This document shows, in pieces, positions 17,198-27,752 of a stretch of DNA of 64,000 bases. The stretch is from a virus. Where the stretch lies: the IMG/VR virus record IMGVR_UViG_3300021963_006415, positions 1 through 64,000 of that record; one strand, written 5' to 3'. Position 1 is the stretch's first letter, and each line of letters begins with the position of its first letter. The notes beneath the pieces are model-generated. The model searched no databases. It was given only the letters and a program-made list of their open reading frames with translations, and was not told where the DNA came from. A program made the position numbers and the translations under genes.

Positions 17198-17827
17198 TTA
17201 AAACGCTACCCATTTTCCACTACCATAGTGTGGGAATTTTGATTTGTATTTGTAATATATTACATCGGATGGAATTTCTCTTTTTTTATTCCAAGTTGCT
17301 TCGGTTGGAGTATAAGTTGAAATATCGTTATCTTCCACAACAAAGTGTAAGGGTAAGTCAAAGTTTCTGGCATATTTGTGAACTTCATAAAATATACCAC
17401 TTTCAAAACTCATATCTCCAACAAAAACCCAAACTTTTTCATCACTACCACTTTTTTTAATAGATAAAGCAGTTCCTAATGCTATTGATAGAGTTGCTCC
17501 AACTATTGCCGATGCATAAAACTTTTCATCAATATTACATAATGTAATGGATTTTCCTTTTAAAATTTCTTCTTCAATCCAAACAGGACAAATTCCTTTT
17601 AATAATATATGATAATGTGAACGCCAGGTACTAAATACCCAATCGTTTGTTTTTATTCTTTTAAATATTTCAATTAAAGCTTGCTCATTTCCATTGGAAA
17701 GGTGTACGGGCCCTTTAATCTTACCCGCTTCCCAATGATTTACAATAAGTTTTTCAAAATCAATAAGAGATTCGGTTGTATGCTCAACTTCTCTTACTAT
17801 TGGATATTGTTCTAAATTTTTAATCAT
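17198..17827 (-). CDS. TPP-dependent enzyme alpha subunit (E1-alpha-like), short form
   Basis: GPVHLSNGNE, STWRSHYH, TPP motif GDMSFESG...VVEDN; likely start 17827 (ATGA overlap). Confidence 0.85.
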   Translation of the reverse strand: MIKNLEQYPIVREVEHTTESLIDFEKLIVNHWEAGKIKGPVHLSNGNEQALIEIFKRIKTNDWVFSTWRSHYHILLKGICPVWIEEEILKGKSITLCNIDEKFYASAIVGATLSIALGTALSIKKSGSDEKVWVFVGDMSFESGIFYEVHKYARNFDLPLHFVVEDNDISTYTPTEATWNKKREIPSDVIYYKYKSKFPHYGSGKWVAF

Positions 17828-18369
17828 CTGTCTCTTTTTTGTAATATTGGCGAATCTGTTGGCCATTCAATTTGAAATTCTGGGTCATTCCACTTAACTA
17901 CACATTGCGCATTTTCTTCTACAAAATCTCCTTCATAAAAAAGATTATAGTGAAATACACAATCTGTTAATGCAAAGTGTCCGTTGGCAAATCCCGGTGG
18001 TACTAAAATTTGGTCTCTATTTTTTTCTGAAATTAAGTACGAATTCCAATCACCATAAGTTGGTGATTCTTTTCTCATATCTAATACAACTAAAAATATA
18101 TCTCCTACAAGTGCTTGTACCAATTTCCAAGTTTTATTATCCCAATGTAATCCTCTTAATACACCTTTGTATGATTTTGAGAATCTACCATGAACTTTCA
18201 AATCACCACTCATAAAATTATGAACGGGATGTTCTTCAGAATGATATGTTGTCCATATTTCTCCTCTATATTCTCTATAAACAGATGGTGAAAATATTGG
18301 TACATCTTTACCAAATGGTTTCAAAAAAGAAACCTCAACATCATTCCATTTTTTGTCTTTGTAACTCAT
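17824..18369 (-). CDS. dTDP-4-dehydrorhamnose 3,5-epimerase family (RmlC-like)
   Basis: SKSYKGVLRGLH, KLVQ..G.IF.VVLDMRKESPTYG, VPPGFANGH, WNDP; likely start 18369. Confidence 0.88.
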   Translation of the reverse strand: MSYKDKKWNDVEVSFLKPFGKDVPIFSPSVYREYRGEIWTTYHSEEHPVHNFMSGDLKVHGRFSKSYKGVLRGLHWDNKTWKLVQALVGDIFLVVLDMRKESPTYGDWNSYLISEKNRDQILVPPGFANGHFALTDCVFHYNLFYEGDFVEENAQCVVKWNDPEFQIEWPTDSPILQKRDR

Positions 18370-18370
18370 A

Positions 18371-19336
18371 TTATGTTCTATTTGCGTAACCCAAAGGAAA
18401 TCCATTTCTGAACTCTGCTCCCATTTTAGGAACAATCATTTGATAACCTTGAATTAATTGTTTAATACCTCTATCTAAATCCCATTGTGGTAACCACCCA
18501 GTCGCTTCTATTTTAGCGTTTGATACGATATAATCTCTTTTATCGGGGTCCTCATAAAAATCGTTATATGATACCGCAAAATCCTTTACATGAGATTGTA
18601 TCTTTTCTAATAGTTCCTGCTTTGAAAGGTTTGCAGAACTTAATCCTACATTAAATACTTCACCTTTATATTCATCATAGTGATTTATCATAAAAAGAAA
18701 TGCAGATGCCACATCTTCGATATGAATAAAGTTTCTTTTAAATGTTTTCTCAAATACTACAATGTATTTATCGGTTATTGCTTTATAAACAAAATCGTTT
18801 ACTAACAAATCGGTTCTCATTCTGGGTGAAACTCCAAATACAGTTGCTAATCTAAATGTAATTGCTGATGTATTTGCCCTTAGAAAATTTTCAGCATCAC
18901 ATTTAGTTTGTCCGTAAACTGAAATAGGTGTGAGTGGTGATTCTTCTGTACATTCGGTTTGCCCAACGCCAATACCATATCCACTATTTGTATTTGGATA
19001 TAAAATCTTTTTATCTTTTGCAAATTTTACAATATTAAAAATTTGGTCAAAGTTAATTTCCTTTGCCAATTTAGGGTCTGCTGCGCAAGCAGGAAATCCA
19101 ACTATTGCCGCTAATGGTATAATCACATCAGCTTCTTTACATAATTCTTCTAATAGTGATTCGTTACGAACATCTCCATATACAAATTTAAATTTGGGAT
19201 ATGATGTATATTGCAAAAGAGAAGTTTGATTGAATAATAGTTTATCTAATACTGTAACTTCATATCCTACGTGTAGAAATCGTTCAACCATAACTGAACC
19301 TAAATAACCGGCACCGCCTGTAATTAATATTTTCAT
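18371..19336 (-). CDS. NAD-dependent epimerase/dehydratase
   Basis: TGGAGYLG, LAAIVG, YGQTK catalytic motif, RLATVFG. Confidence 0.88.
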   Translation of the reverse strand: MKILITGGAGYLGSVMVERFLHVGYEVTVLDKLLFNQTSLLQYTSYPKFKFVYGDVRNESLLEELCKEADVIIPLAAIVGFPACAADPKLAKEINFDQIFNIVKFAKDKKILYPNTNSGYGIGVGQTECTEESPLTPISVYGQTKCDAENFLRANTSAITFRLATVFGVSPRMRTDLLVNDFVYKAITDKYIVVFEKTFKRNFIHIEDVASAFLFMINHYDEYKGEVFNVGLSSANLSKQELLEKIQSHVKDFAVSYNDFYEDPDKRDYIVSNAKIEATGWLPQWDLDRGIKQLIQGYQMIVPKMGAEFRNGFPLGYANRT

Positions 19337-19692
19337 ATGTTCTTTAATTCACGTTTTGCTCTTTCTAAATCCATAGCTTTATCGTCTATAAGTAAATCAT
19401 AATGTAGTTTACCCATAAATAATCCATGATGCTTTATACCCCACTCTTTTAAATGATTTAATGTTAAGTCATACAATTTTTCATATATAACTTTAACATC
19501 TCCATCATATGTTTTCATACCTCTAGCTGTATAGATATATATTGTATTTCCTTTTTCATATAAAGAATTTGATATATCAATCATTTCTTGAATGGGTTTA
19601 CAATAGTGATATTTGTCTCCACCCATATGCTCTACATCCTTAGGTCTATAACATAACGTATCATCTAAATCAAAAGCGAATATTTTTTTCAT
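19333..19692 (-). CDS. HAD-family phosphatase (capsule biosynthesis phosphatase-like)
   Basis: FDLDDTL, YTARG, MGK...IDDKA. Confidence 0.85.
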   Translation of the reverse strand: MKKIFAFDLDDTLCYRPKDVEHMGGDKYHYCKPIQEMIDISNSLYEKGNTIYIYTARGMKTYDGDVKVIYEKLYDLTLNHLKEWGIKHHGLFMGKLHYDLLIDDKAMDLERAKRELKNI

Positions 19693-20636
19693 TATGGTAA
19701 GTGGTTTAATTTATTTTTAATATTTTCTTTTACTATGTGGTCTATTTTCGGTAAATCATATAATCCAAAACAATAATGCCCACATACTGCAATCAATTTC
19801 TTTTTATCCGAAAAATCAAAGTCGGTTGGCACCCATCTTTCCCATTTTTTAGAATCTAAACAAATTTTGTAAAATTCATTTATTTGAGTATCTGACATAT
19901 ATTCTAAATATGTCAATGTTTCTATTTGTACTATCTCTGGGCCTATATTTAAAGAAGTTAATCCATTTTTAAATCTAATGTTTATTTCATCTTTAGTTAA
20001 ATAATCTCCATTATGTTCTTTTGTGTCTTTATTAAAGGATTTAAATAGAAGTGATTGCTTTTTTAATTTTTCTAAATTAAATACACCAGTATTTTTCATA
20101 TTTACTAAATCCAATCCAACACCAGATTGAACTACCATATAAACAATACTATCAAATTCTTCTTTCGTCAAATTGTCTAACAAATATCGCATAATATCAA
20201 TCAGTTCTTCATCACTAAATTTTCTTATAGCTTCTTCCGTTAATACTTCAAACTTAACATTTGGATTTAAATAATGTATATACTTTATAGAACGAATTGT
20301 TTCGTTTATACCATCTAAATGATTAGAGAATCGCTTCCAAGGGTCTAAATGTATTATATCGAAATAGTTTGCATCATGCGTATATGTAACATATCCAAAA
20401 TCAGAAATTACTCCTTGATTTGGACCTGAATGGTCTCTTTGTAAAATAATATTCTTATCTTTACTTCTGATATATTCGTAGAATTCTTTGGTATTCCAAT
20501 TATTTACATAACCGCCATCCCAATCTATTTGCCTACGAGTCGGTAATAATCCAAACTTATTATTATTGTTCAATTCTAAAACAGAATCAACTATGTTTTT
20601 AGACATTGGGCATATATAATATCTAGGCAGTTGCAT
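19692..20636 (-). CDS. GatZ/KbaZ-like TIM-barrel sugar-phosphate epimerase/aldolase
   Basis: QIDWDGGY, RDHSGP, IHLDP, EHNGDYL, NIGPE parallel the GatZ/KbaZ motifs. Confidence 0.65.
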   Translation of the reverse strand: MQLPRYYICPMSKNIVDSVLELNNNNKFGLLPTRRQIDWDGGYVNNWNTKEFYEYIRSKDKNIILQRDHSGPNQGVISDFGYVTYTHDANYFDIIHLDPWKRFSNHLDGINETIRSIKYIHYLNPNVKFEVLTEEAIRKFSDEELIDIMRYLLDNLTKEEFDSIVYMVVQSGVGLDLVNMKNTGVFNLEKLKKQSLLFKSFNKDTKEHNGDYLTKDEINIRFKNGLTSLNIGPEIVQIETLTYLEYMSDTQINEFYKICLDSKKWERWVPTDFDFSDKKKLIAVCGHYCFGLYDLPKIDHIVKENIKNKLNHLP

Positions 20637-21264
20637 AATCTATTCCTGTATATAATTTAAATTGATGTTTTGCTTGATTCTCTGCCACCATTTTACCATA
20701 AAAAGTATTAGGTCTCAAATCTATTATTCTACTATAAATTGATTTTATTTCTATTGGCGTTGCATTTATAAATGTTTCATTTAGTATGGATGGAATCGTA
20801 TCGATATCTTTTCTTTCAAATATTTTATATTCTATGTTTAGTTTTCTACAAGCATATTGAATTGCTTTACTAAATCCACCATTACCAATTATGTTTATAT
20901 TTTTATCAATATTAATGTAGGAAAAAAAATCAATAATACCAAAAAAATCAGTATTGTATCCTGTTAATTCACCATTAGTATTAATAACAGTATTTACTGC
21001 TCCTATTTTATGTGAAATTTCATCTAAATGATTTAAATGTGGTATTACACTTATTTTATGTGGCATACTTAATGCAAACCCACTAAACTCCAAATGTTTA
21101 ACTGCTTCAATAGTTTTTTTTATATCATTAGAATAAAATGATTTATATATTGCATTTATGTTATATTTTTCAAACGCATTATTAAAAAATATACAGCCAT
21201 TATTTCCAGGAGTTTCTGAAAATGAACCATATATTTTTGTATCTTTATTTATTTGTTGCTGCAT
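20623..21264 (-). CDS. Shikimate dehydrogenase-like oxidoreductase (short)
   Basis: SMPHK, IGAVNTV, GYNTD, GNGG, INATP, QF.LYTG. Confidence 0.8.
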   Translation of the reverse strand: MQQQINKDTKIYGSFSETPGNNGCIFFNNAFEKYNINAIYKSFYSNDIKKTIEAVKHLEFSGFALSMPHKISVIPHLNHLDEISHKIGAVNTVINTNGELTGYNTDFFGIIDFFSYINIDKNINIIGNGGFSKAIQYACRKLNIEYKIFERKDIDTIPSILNETFINATPIEIKSIYSRIIDLRPNTFYGKMVAENQAKHQFKLYTGIDYATA

Positions 21265-23155
21265 ATAACATTTCTATTGATTTAAACCATAACATTTTTG
21301 AAAACTTTTCATCATGTAGTGGAGACATGTTTAAGAATATTAAACCTGTTATTAGTTTGATTTTATTTAAATCAAACCCCATATGTTCTGCCCAATTTTC
21401 GAATTCCTCTTTAAATATTTCTAAATTTTTAGAAATATCATATGAATATTTTATAGAATATTCGCCCTCTATATAAATTATATTATCTTCGTTTTTCATT
21501 TTATTATATGGAATTATACATCCACCATATAATTTAGCTAAATCGTAGTAAATATCACCGGCTGGCGTATATCCTCCAAATGATTCTCTCCAATCAATAT
21601 ATGTGAATTTATTTGCATCCGAATTATAAATGATGTTATCGAATTGTAAATCACCGTGGAACAATTTATAAAATGGATTAGCATTAAATTTATCATAATC
21701 TATTGATAAAAAGAATGAGTCTAAAGATGGATATTCTTTACCATTTATATTATATGAATATTGATAATATTTTTCCCCATTCTTTTTTACAAATTTATAA
21801 AATCTTTTTAATGTTTTTTGCTTATAAAATTCAAATGTGTGCTCATTCGAATTGGTAGAAATTTCTACTAAATTTTTTTCAAAATTATTTAAAAATTTTC
21901 TGAATAAATCCAAATCATCTATTTCATATAGCGTATTGCCTTCTTCCCAATTATAGTAAATAAAGTTAGATATACTATTAAAATTAGATGGTATAAATTC
22001 ATTTAAAATTTTTGCACGTTCTATTCTATTTTCTAATATAGATTTTTCTGGTGTGAATTTTATAAATAAGTTACCTTCTCTATAAGTTATTTCGTTATTA
22101 TCTTTTTGTAAAGATAATGGCTTATCATTAAAATATTGTTTTGTTTTAGCTAAATCATCTAAATTACCAGTATCAAGCCATTTTAATTTTTTAATTTTAA
22201 ATGTAGGATATTCTAATGGTGCTTCAAATGCCGATACTAATTCTCCATTAACCATTGATTTTTCTAATTTTTCCCAAAATATATTATAATCCCATATTCC
22301 AGCCAACCCAATAAAAGCTAAATCATAACCATTTTTACTTTTATTTGAATAATCTATTATGTTATCTCCGGATGTTAATACAGTAGAATATTTTTCAGGA
22401 TACGATGTTGGTTGAACCCCCAACCAGTTACCATCTAAATGTGGCATTGGAGAATCAATTAAACAATCGCACGTTGTAATGTAAAAAGGTCTTTGTAAAT
22501 ATTCTTTACATTTTAACGCCGAATATCCTGGTCCTGAGCCGTTTCCGTCTATTCTATCTACTTCTACAAATGTAAATTTATGATTAGGAAATACTAATTT
22601 ACAATATTCTTTAACCAATTCACCTTTATATCCAATTGCAACCACAAATTCGTAATCTTTTGGAAATTTATCAATTATGTGAGAAATAATTGCACGATTA
22701 TTAATTGGTAGAAGTGCTTTGTTTGTCTCTTTTGTAAGAGATTCTAATCGAGTGCCCAATCCAGCTGCTAATATTAATACGGCGGGTGTTTGGTGTTCAC
22801 CTTCTATTTTGCCATCACCTCTTGCAAACTCATCATTGATTCTGATTACATCATCAACTTCGGGTGTAGATACTTCTTGTAAAATGATATCGGTTAGCGC
22901 TATTACTCTATGCTTTTTGGGTGGAGTTACATTAAAGTAATCTCCTGCTTTCATAATTTTCTTTTCAACCAAACCTTCATCATTTTCAAGCCATATTTCT
23001 GCTTCACCTGAAATGATGTAATTCGTTTCTCTTTTAAAATTATGATATTGATACGATGTTTTGTAACCCGCATTGATGTATATACGTTTATAACAATATT
23101 TTTCGTTGAGTTCTAACCACTCTTCCTTTCCCCAAGGTTTTGTAACTGTTTTCAT
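21245..23155 (-). CDS. Trifunctional cupin + sugar nucleotidyltransferase + APH/choline-kinase-like phosphotransferase
   Basis: KPWGKE..SYQYH..KHR (cupin); ILAAGLGTRL...KALLP (NTP transferase); HGDLQFDNI..IDWR..YDLAKL (kinase). Confidence 0.85.
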   Translation of the reverse strand: MKTVTKPWGKEEWLELNEKYCYKRIYINAGYKTSYQYHNFKRETNYIISGEAEIWLENDEGLVEKKIMKAGDYFNVTPPKKHRVIALTDIILQEVSTPEVDDVIRINDEFARGDGKIEGEHQTPAVLILAAGLGTRLESLTKETNKALLPINNRAIISHIIDKFPKDYEFVVAIGYKGELVKEYCKLVFPNHKFTFVEVDRIDGNGSGPGYSALKCKEYLQRPFYITTCDCLIDSPMPHLDGNWLGVQPTSYPEKYSTVLTSGDNIIDYSNKSKNGYDLAFIGLAGIWDYNIFWEKLEKSMVNGELVSAFEAPLEYPTFKIKKLKWLDTGNLDDLAKTKQYFNDKPLSLQKDNNEITYREGNLFIKFTPEKSILENRIERAKILNEFIPSNFNSISNFIYYNWEEGNTLYEIDDLDLFRKFLNNFEKNLVEISTNSNEHTFEFYKQKTLKRFYKFVKKNGEKYYQYSYNINGKEYPSLDSFFLSIDYDKFNANPFYKLFHGDLQFDNIIYNSDANKFTYIDWRESFGGYTPAGDIYYDLAKLYGGCIIPYNKMKNEDNIIYIEGEYSIKYSYDISKNLEIFKEEFENWAEHMGFDLNKIKLITGLIFLNMSPLHDEKFSKMLWFKSIEMLYAATNK

Positions 23156-23164
23156 ATATACTTT

Positions 23165-23977
23165 TTATAATTTACTATTTACAAAGGTAAATAATTTTTT
23201 TGAAAATTCCAAATGCCATTTTTCGCCAGGGTGATGATTATCTCTAGCTGCCATATCTGATTCATAACAATTCGTAGGCTCAAAAAATCTATCGTAATCT
23301 ATTGTATCTTTTAAATGATTTTTTAAATCATTAAATATTTCATAATAGTATCCAGCTATTGTATGTATAACTTTTATATTATGTAACTTTGCTGTTGTTT
23401 CTACAAACTTATAAGCTTCCCAAAATTCCATTAAATCCTGATAGTCGTTTCTTAATTCTACAAATAGCTTATCTTCATCATCATTTTTCCAAATTACATC
23501 TCTTTCATGTGCCAAACGAAATCCGCCTACTTTTTTAAATACACCATTATCTTTCAAATAATCTCTTCTGCTAAATCCAGGCCACATTATTAAAACCAAA
23601 TCTGGTTTTATTTCGGATGCTACTATTTTGTAAAAATTTTTTGCTGTAAATGATGTAGAGATACCATATGTTCCGTAATTGAATACGGATACTTTTTTTT
23701 CTAATTTATTTTGAATGTTTTCAGCAATTAAATTTGGCCATATTGCTTCATTTCTAACGCCAACTCCCATTGTCCAAGAACAACCCAATGTCAATATATT
23801 ATACTCCGATTTATTTTTAAACGAATTTGAACGATAACCATGCTCATTCATTTTATATAAAATAGAACCATCATCTTTTGTATCACTAGCTATGGTAAGT
23901 AGTTCTTTGTTTATATAATTTTTATTAACAAATACTTTATCTGATAGTATTAATTCGTAGTCTTTTAGCATTATCAT
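23165..23977 (-). CDS. SGNH/GDSL-like hydrolase or acyltransferase
   Basis: LGCSWTMG ... DNHHPG. Confidence 0.7.
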   Translation of the reverse strand: MIMLKDYELILSDKVFVNKNYINKELLTIASDTKDDGSILYKMNEHGYRSNSFKNKSEYNILTLGCSWTMGVGVRNEAIWPNLIAENIQNKLEKKVSVFNYGTYGISTSFTAKNFYKIVASEIKPDLVLIMWPGFSRRDYLKDNGVFKKVGGFRLAHERDVIWKNDDEDKLFVELRNDYQDLMEFWEAYKFVETTAKLHNIKVIHTIAGYYYEIFNDLKNHLKDTIDYDRFFEPTNCYESDMAARDNHHPGEKWHLEFSKKLFTFVNSKL

Positions 23978-23984
23978 ATTTATT

Positions 23985-25412
23985 TCACATTATTTTAGTT
24001 CTATCATAAAATTCTTTTATTAAATCTTCTCCAAATAATTTATTTTTATGATGATTTAATAAAGTTGTATGATTATGAATTAATATATCTTCCATTTTCC
24101 AATACCATTCATGTATTTCTTCTTTACTCATTTCACACAATCTCTTTACTTCCAAAAATATGGCTTCCAATCTTTCATTTACATTTTCTATTTTATCATA
24201 ACTTTCATCTATAAATCCATCAAAAGTTTTAAAACCTAAATTTTTTAAAAGCTCTAATCCACCAGGATATGCTACAAAAAAGAAAGGTTGAAAATTTATT
24301 ATTGGTTTAAAAACTTTTTCAGTTAATGATTTATGCTCACCATGTACAAATGTTTCAAAACATATTTCAAAGTAGGAATTAATATGTGGTTCATAATGTT
24401 TATCCGTCCAAGCATTGATATGCCCATATGTAATACCTCTTTCGCTTTGTAGTATATGCGGTGCAGTTTCGTGTAATTTTTTTATATTACCCAAATGCAT
24501 ATTTTTTAAATCATATCTGTGAATTAAATGCTGTACAGTATCTGGAGAATATTGATTTCCATTTACTGCTAAGAAAGAAAAATCACCATATTCCAATAAC
24601 CCAGCGCTTACCATTTTATATAAGAACGCAATTCTATGCTCTCTACCATTTCTTATTTTCATTAAAAAATGATTTTTTCTAATAGTATTTTTTGTATTTA
24701 AAAAATCATTTTCATTCATGCATATACCACTATTACTATTCAATTCTTGTTGATAGTACCACGAACTATGGTCTAAACAAAATGGTAAATTTCTAACAGA
24801 ATATCTTCTTTGATTTTCTTCAAAATAATTTTCATAGCATTCTTTTGCATTAAAACTATTAACACATAAAATTATGGATTCTTTTGGAATACCGCTCAAT
24901 CTTAAACTTTCGTGAAAATCTTCATGTAAGTATTTATCAATATATGGCTCCATAGAATAATCTATGAATATGATTCCATTTTTCATTAAAATACGTTCCA
25001 TAGCTTGTTCGGATATGTATTTCCAAAAATACTCACCATTCATTCTACTACGAATTGTCTGATTTATTCCTATAAAATCACTCAATACAGGATTTGGTTT
25101 GATTGGATATATAAATAAATTTTTACCATCATTATTATTACCATATAATGGTTTTTCTAAATAATCTAATATTGGTTTATAAACTTGTGCTTGATAAAAG
25201 TAGCCTGTGCCAGAATTTGGCATTCCGTTAAAATTATTTCCAAACACATCTCCTATACCCAATTGTTGTTCAAATACTGTAGCGTTTTGCGCTTTATTAG
25301 TGTGCATTGATACCAAATAATTCATAATACCAATTTCTGGCATAGTTGCATTTGGTAAAACGAAACTAGGAAAAACGTAATCAAAAACAAAATTTAAATT
25401 GTATTTTTTCAT
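23985..25412 (-). CDS. Putative glycosyltransferase (GT10-like C-terminal region)
   Basis: FETF...SLTEKVFKPI...LKNLGFKTF..FIDESYD; likely start 25412. Confidence 0.5.
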   Translation of the reverse strand: MKKYNLNFVFDYVFPSFVLPNATMPEIGIMNYLVSMHTNKAQNATVFEQQLGIGDVFGNNFNGMPNSGTGYFYQAQVYKPILDYLEKPLYGNNNDGKNLFIYPIKPNPVLSDFIGINQTIRSRMNGEYFWKYISEQAMERILMKNGIIFIDYSMEPYIDKYLHEDFHESLRLSGIPKESIILCVNSFNAKECYENYFEENQRRYSVRNLPFCLDHSSWYYQQELNSNSGICMNENDFLNTKNTIRKNHFLMKIRNGREHRIAFLYKMVSAGLLEYGDFSFLAVNGNQYSPDTVQHLIHRYDLKNMHLGNIKKLHETAPHILQSERGITYGHINAWTDKHYEPHINSYFEICFETFVHGEHKSLTEKVFKPIINFQPFFFVAYPGGLELLKNLGFKTFDGFIDESYDKIENVNERLEAIFLEVKRLCEMSKEEIHEWYWKMEDILIHNHTTLLNHHKNKLFGEDLIKEFYDRTKIM

Positions 25413-25413
25413 A

Positions 25414-26208
25414 TTAAAATAATGGAGCACCGAATGCTTTATTTTTTTGTTGATTGAATTTTAATTGATATGATTGTTGCTGATTGTGCCAAGCAGATAA
25501 ATCTACTATTGATTCTAAAAATTCAAAAGTTTCTTTTGATTTTTCTGTATCGAATTGTGGAAATTTATCTATCATAAATTCGTAATGCATTTTTTGTGTT
25601 GGGTGTGCATCCTTAAAATTTTCTTTTTTATATAGATAATAATCATCGGGATATACATATTTTCTTTCTTTCCAACTATCCAATGATTCTGAATCCGATA
25701 AATTATTATAAATGTTATCAACGAATCTTACAGACAATGGGTTTGTTAAAGTTTCATCAAACGGAGAATCTTTATAGTATAAACTATCCATTGCTAATAG
25801 TAGTTTATTTTCAATTCCTTTATATCCCAACATTTGTTTAATAGTACTTATTGAAATCCAAGAATTATAAATTCCCCAATCTTCTGACCACATCTCATCC
25901 CTAAATTGCTTAGGATATGTTTCGTTCTGATAAACGCTTCCTTGTAGTTTCCAACCAACTTTATCATAGTAAGAAAATCTATTAAAATTTGTGAACATTA
26001 CTACAATATAGTCCGTATCCTTATCAAATTTGTATTTTACATCTGCTTCTATAAATTTATTTAGTATAAATGTATTACATGCGCCACCTCTAGCAAAATT
26101 ATAGTACTCTTCAAAATTAGAGCCGATGTAGTCAGCCCAAGTACCAGTTATATGACCTGTGTAACTACAACCAAATGCAAAAAATCTTTTTTTATTTAGC
26201 CCATCCAT
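25414..26208 (-). CDS. SGNH/GDSL-like protein
   Basis: FGCSYT, NFARGGACN, DAHPT. Confidence 0.7.
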   Translation of the reverse strand: MDGLNKKRFFAFGCSYTGHITGTWADYIGSNFEEYYNFARGGACNTFILNKFIEADVKYKFDKDTDYIVVMFTNFNRFSYYDKVGWKLQGSVYQNETYPKQFRDEMWSEDWGIYNSWISISTIKQMLGYKGIENKLLLAMDSLYYKDSPFDETLTNPLSVRFVDNIYNNLSDSESLDSWKERKYVYPDDYYLYKKENFKDAHPTQKMHYEFMIDKFPQFDTEKSKETFEFLESIVDLSAWHNQQQSYQLKFNQQKNKAFGAPLF

Positions 26209-26992
26209 TTTTTTCTAATTTTTTAATTATAGTTTCAAATACTTCTTTGTGCCCTTCAGCGGATGTATGTAGTGTATTCAAATCATCAGGATATTTCTTT
26301 GATAAAATTCCCCAATCTATATTCACTAAACTTTCATCAGGTATATAGTTTCTAAAATCGGAATCGTATGTTAATACCAAACATCTTATATCTCTATTTT
26401 CTAATAAATTATATGCCATAGTAATTACTCCAATATCATAATAACGTTGTATCCTATCATCGAATACTTCTGCATAATAATTTCTAAGAAGTTTCATTTT
26501 TTCCGGTCTTTCATTTTTAAATTTAGCAAAATAATCACCGGCGCCTCTTTTACCATTTAAAACATTATCAACATAATCTACTACACCATAATAATTTTCT
26601 GTAAACATTTCTCCGGTATAGTTTGTATCGTATTTCATAGGATTCTCCAACAAATACTGATATGTATCTTTACCATATGGTGGATATTGGTGGTAGTTAA
26701 CCCCTGTTAATTTTAAATCTCCATCCGATGTATCAACGTTATCCGGAAACCACTCAACTCTGTTATAAGATGTTGGGGCGATACACACAAAATCTATGTC
26801 GGATTTATTTAAGTTTTCTATTACATATTTTACTTGCAAAAATATAGATAGGTTTGTAGATGAACCTTTTGCAAAGTTTATAACATTTTCATTAAAATGA
26901 TTTGCTAATCTAGAACCATATGGTTCATTTTGTAAATCGTGACAGCCGATGCCAATACTAAAAGAATCACCACAAATAACTACATTTTTCAT
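26192..26992 (-). CDS. SGNH/GDSL-like protein
   Basis: CGDSFS, NFAKGSSTN, LHTSAEGH. Confidence 0.7.
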   Translation of the reverse strand: MKNVVICGDSFSIGIGCHDLQNEPYGSRLANHFNENVINFAKGSSTNLSIFLQVKYVIENLNKSDIDFVCIAPTSYNRVEWFPDNVDTSDGDLKLTGVNYHQYPPYGKDTYQYLLENPMKYDTNYTGEMFTENYYGVVDYVDNVLNGKRGAGDYFAKFKNERPEKMKLLRNYYAEVFDDRIQRYYDIGVITMAYNLLENRDIRCLVLTYDSDFRNYIPDESLVNIDWGILSKKYPDDLNTLHTSAEGHKEVFETIIKKLEKNGWAK

Positions 26993-26993
26993 A

Positions 26994-27752
26994 TTATCTC
27001 TTTATTCTACTTTTTAAATAACTATATATGATTTTTAATTCTTCTTCATCAAACATATTTATTTTTTTATAAAAATACATTATGGTAAACATATCCAATT
27101 GACCAGACCAATGCCAACCAAATGATTCCGTATTTATTGTAAAAAATGATGCAAATTTATTACAATCCCAATTTAAATCATGTATATGTGTATAATTTAT
27201 ATCAAATGGTTGATTTTCATAAATCCAATCATTTTCTAAACATTCTTTGTAAAAATTTTCATCAAATCTGTCATCATTTTTATGTACGTTTTTACAAACA
27301 TCATTAAAAAACAAAGAATAAAAAGAATCTTCATTACCGAAATAATTTGAATATTTTATATTTGATAATTTCCTCATTTTAGATGCTTTTCTTAATGAAA
27401 ATCCACCATTTTGTAATGAGTTACCTCCGCCCAAATAATCATATTTAAAAAAATCATTGTTCCATTTATTTGGGTTTATTATAAACCCATCCCACTGCAT
27501 AATTAAATAATATTCGGATTCTATTTCATATGGTAGTGTTTCAATCACCCATTTACTATATTCACTTCCATTTGCAAATTGTTTTTGAAAACCATTGAGT
27601 GGTGAAAAAACTTTTATATCAAAAAAATCAATATGAGCTTTAGCATATTTTATTACTTTATCCAATATTACATATCGTATATTTTTTTCGGTTGGTAAAT
27701 CTTTTAAATCATCTATAACAACCAATGTGATATTTGATAAATTTATTTTCAT
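26994..27752 (-). CDS. Putative glycosyltransferase (DUF5672-like)
   Basis: LIMQWDGFI..W...F..YDYLG, NGGFSLR, NEDSF, FGWH. Confidence 0.7.
   Translation of the reverse strand: MKINLSNITLVVIDDLKDLPTEKNIRYVILDKVIKYAKAHIDFFDIKVFSPLNGFQKQFANGSEYSKWVIETLPYEIESEYYLIMQWDGFIINPNKWNNDFFKYDYLGGGNSLQNGGFSLRKASKMRKLSNIKYSNYFGNEDSFYSLFFNDVCKNVHKNDDRFDENFYKECLENDWIYENQPFDINYTHIHDLNWDCNKFASFFTINTESFGWHWSGQLDMFTIMYFYKKINMFDEEELKIIYSYLKSRIKR

Noticed and set aside
14742-17866. Pyruvate dehydrogenase as a central-metabolism auxiliary gene
   Set aside because: Subunits are truncated, E2/E3 are absent and the context is nucleotide-sugar genes
20623-21264. Aromatic amino acid biosynthesis (aroE)
   Set aside because: No other shikimate pathway genes in the window; the gene is short and embedded in a sugar operon, so no symbol was assigned
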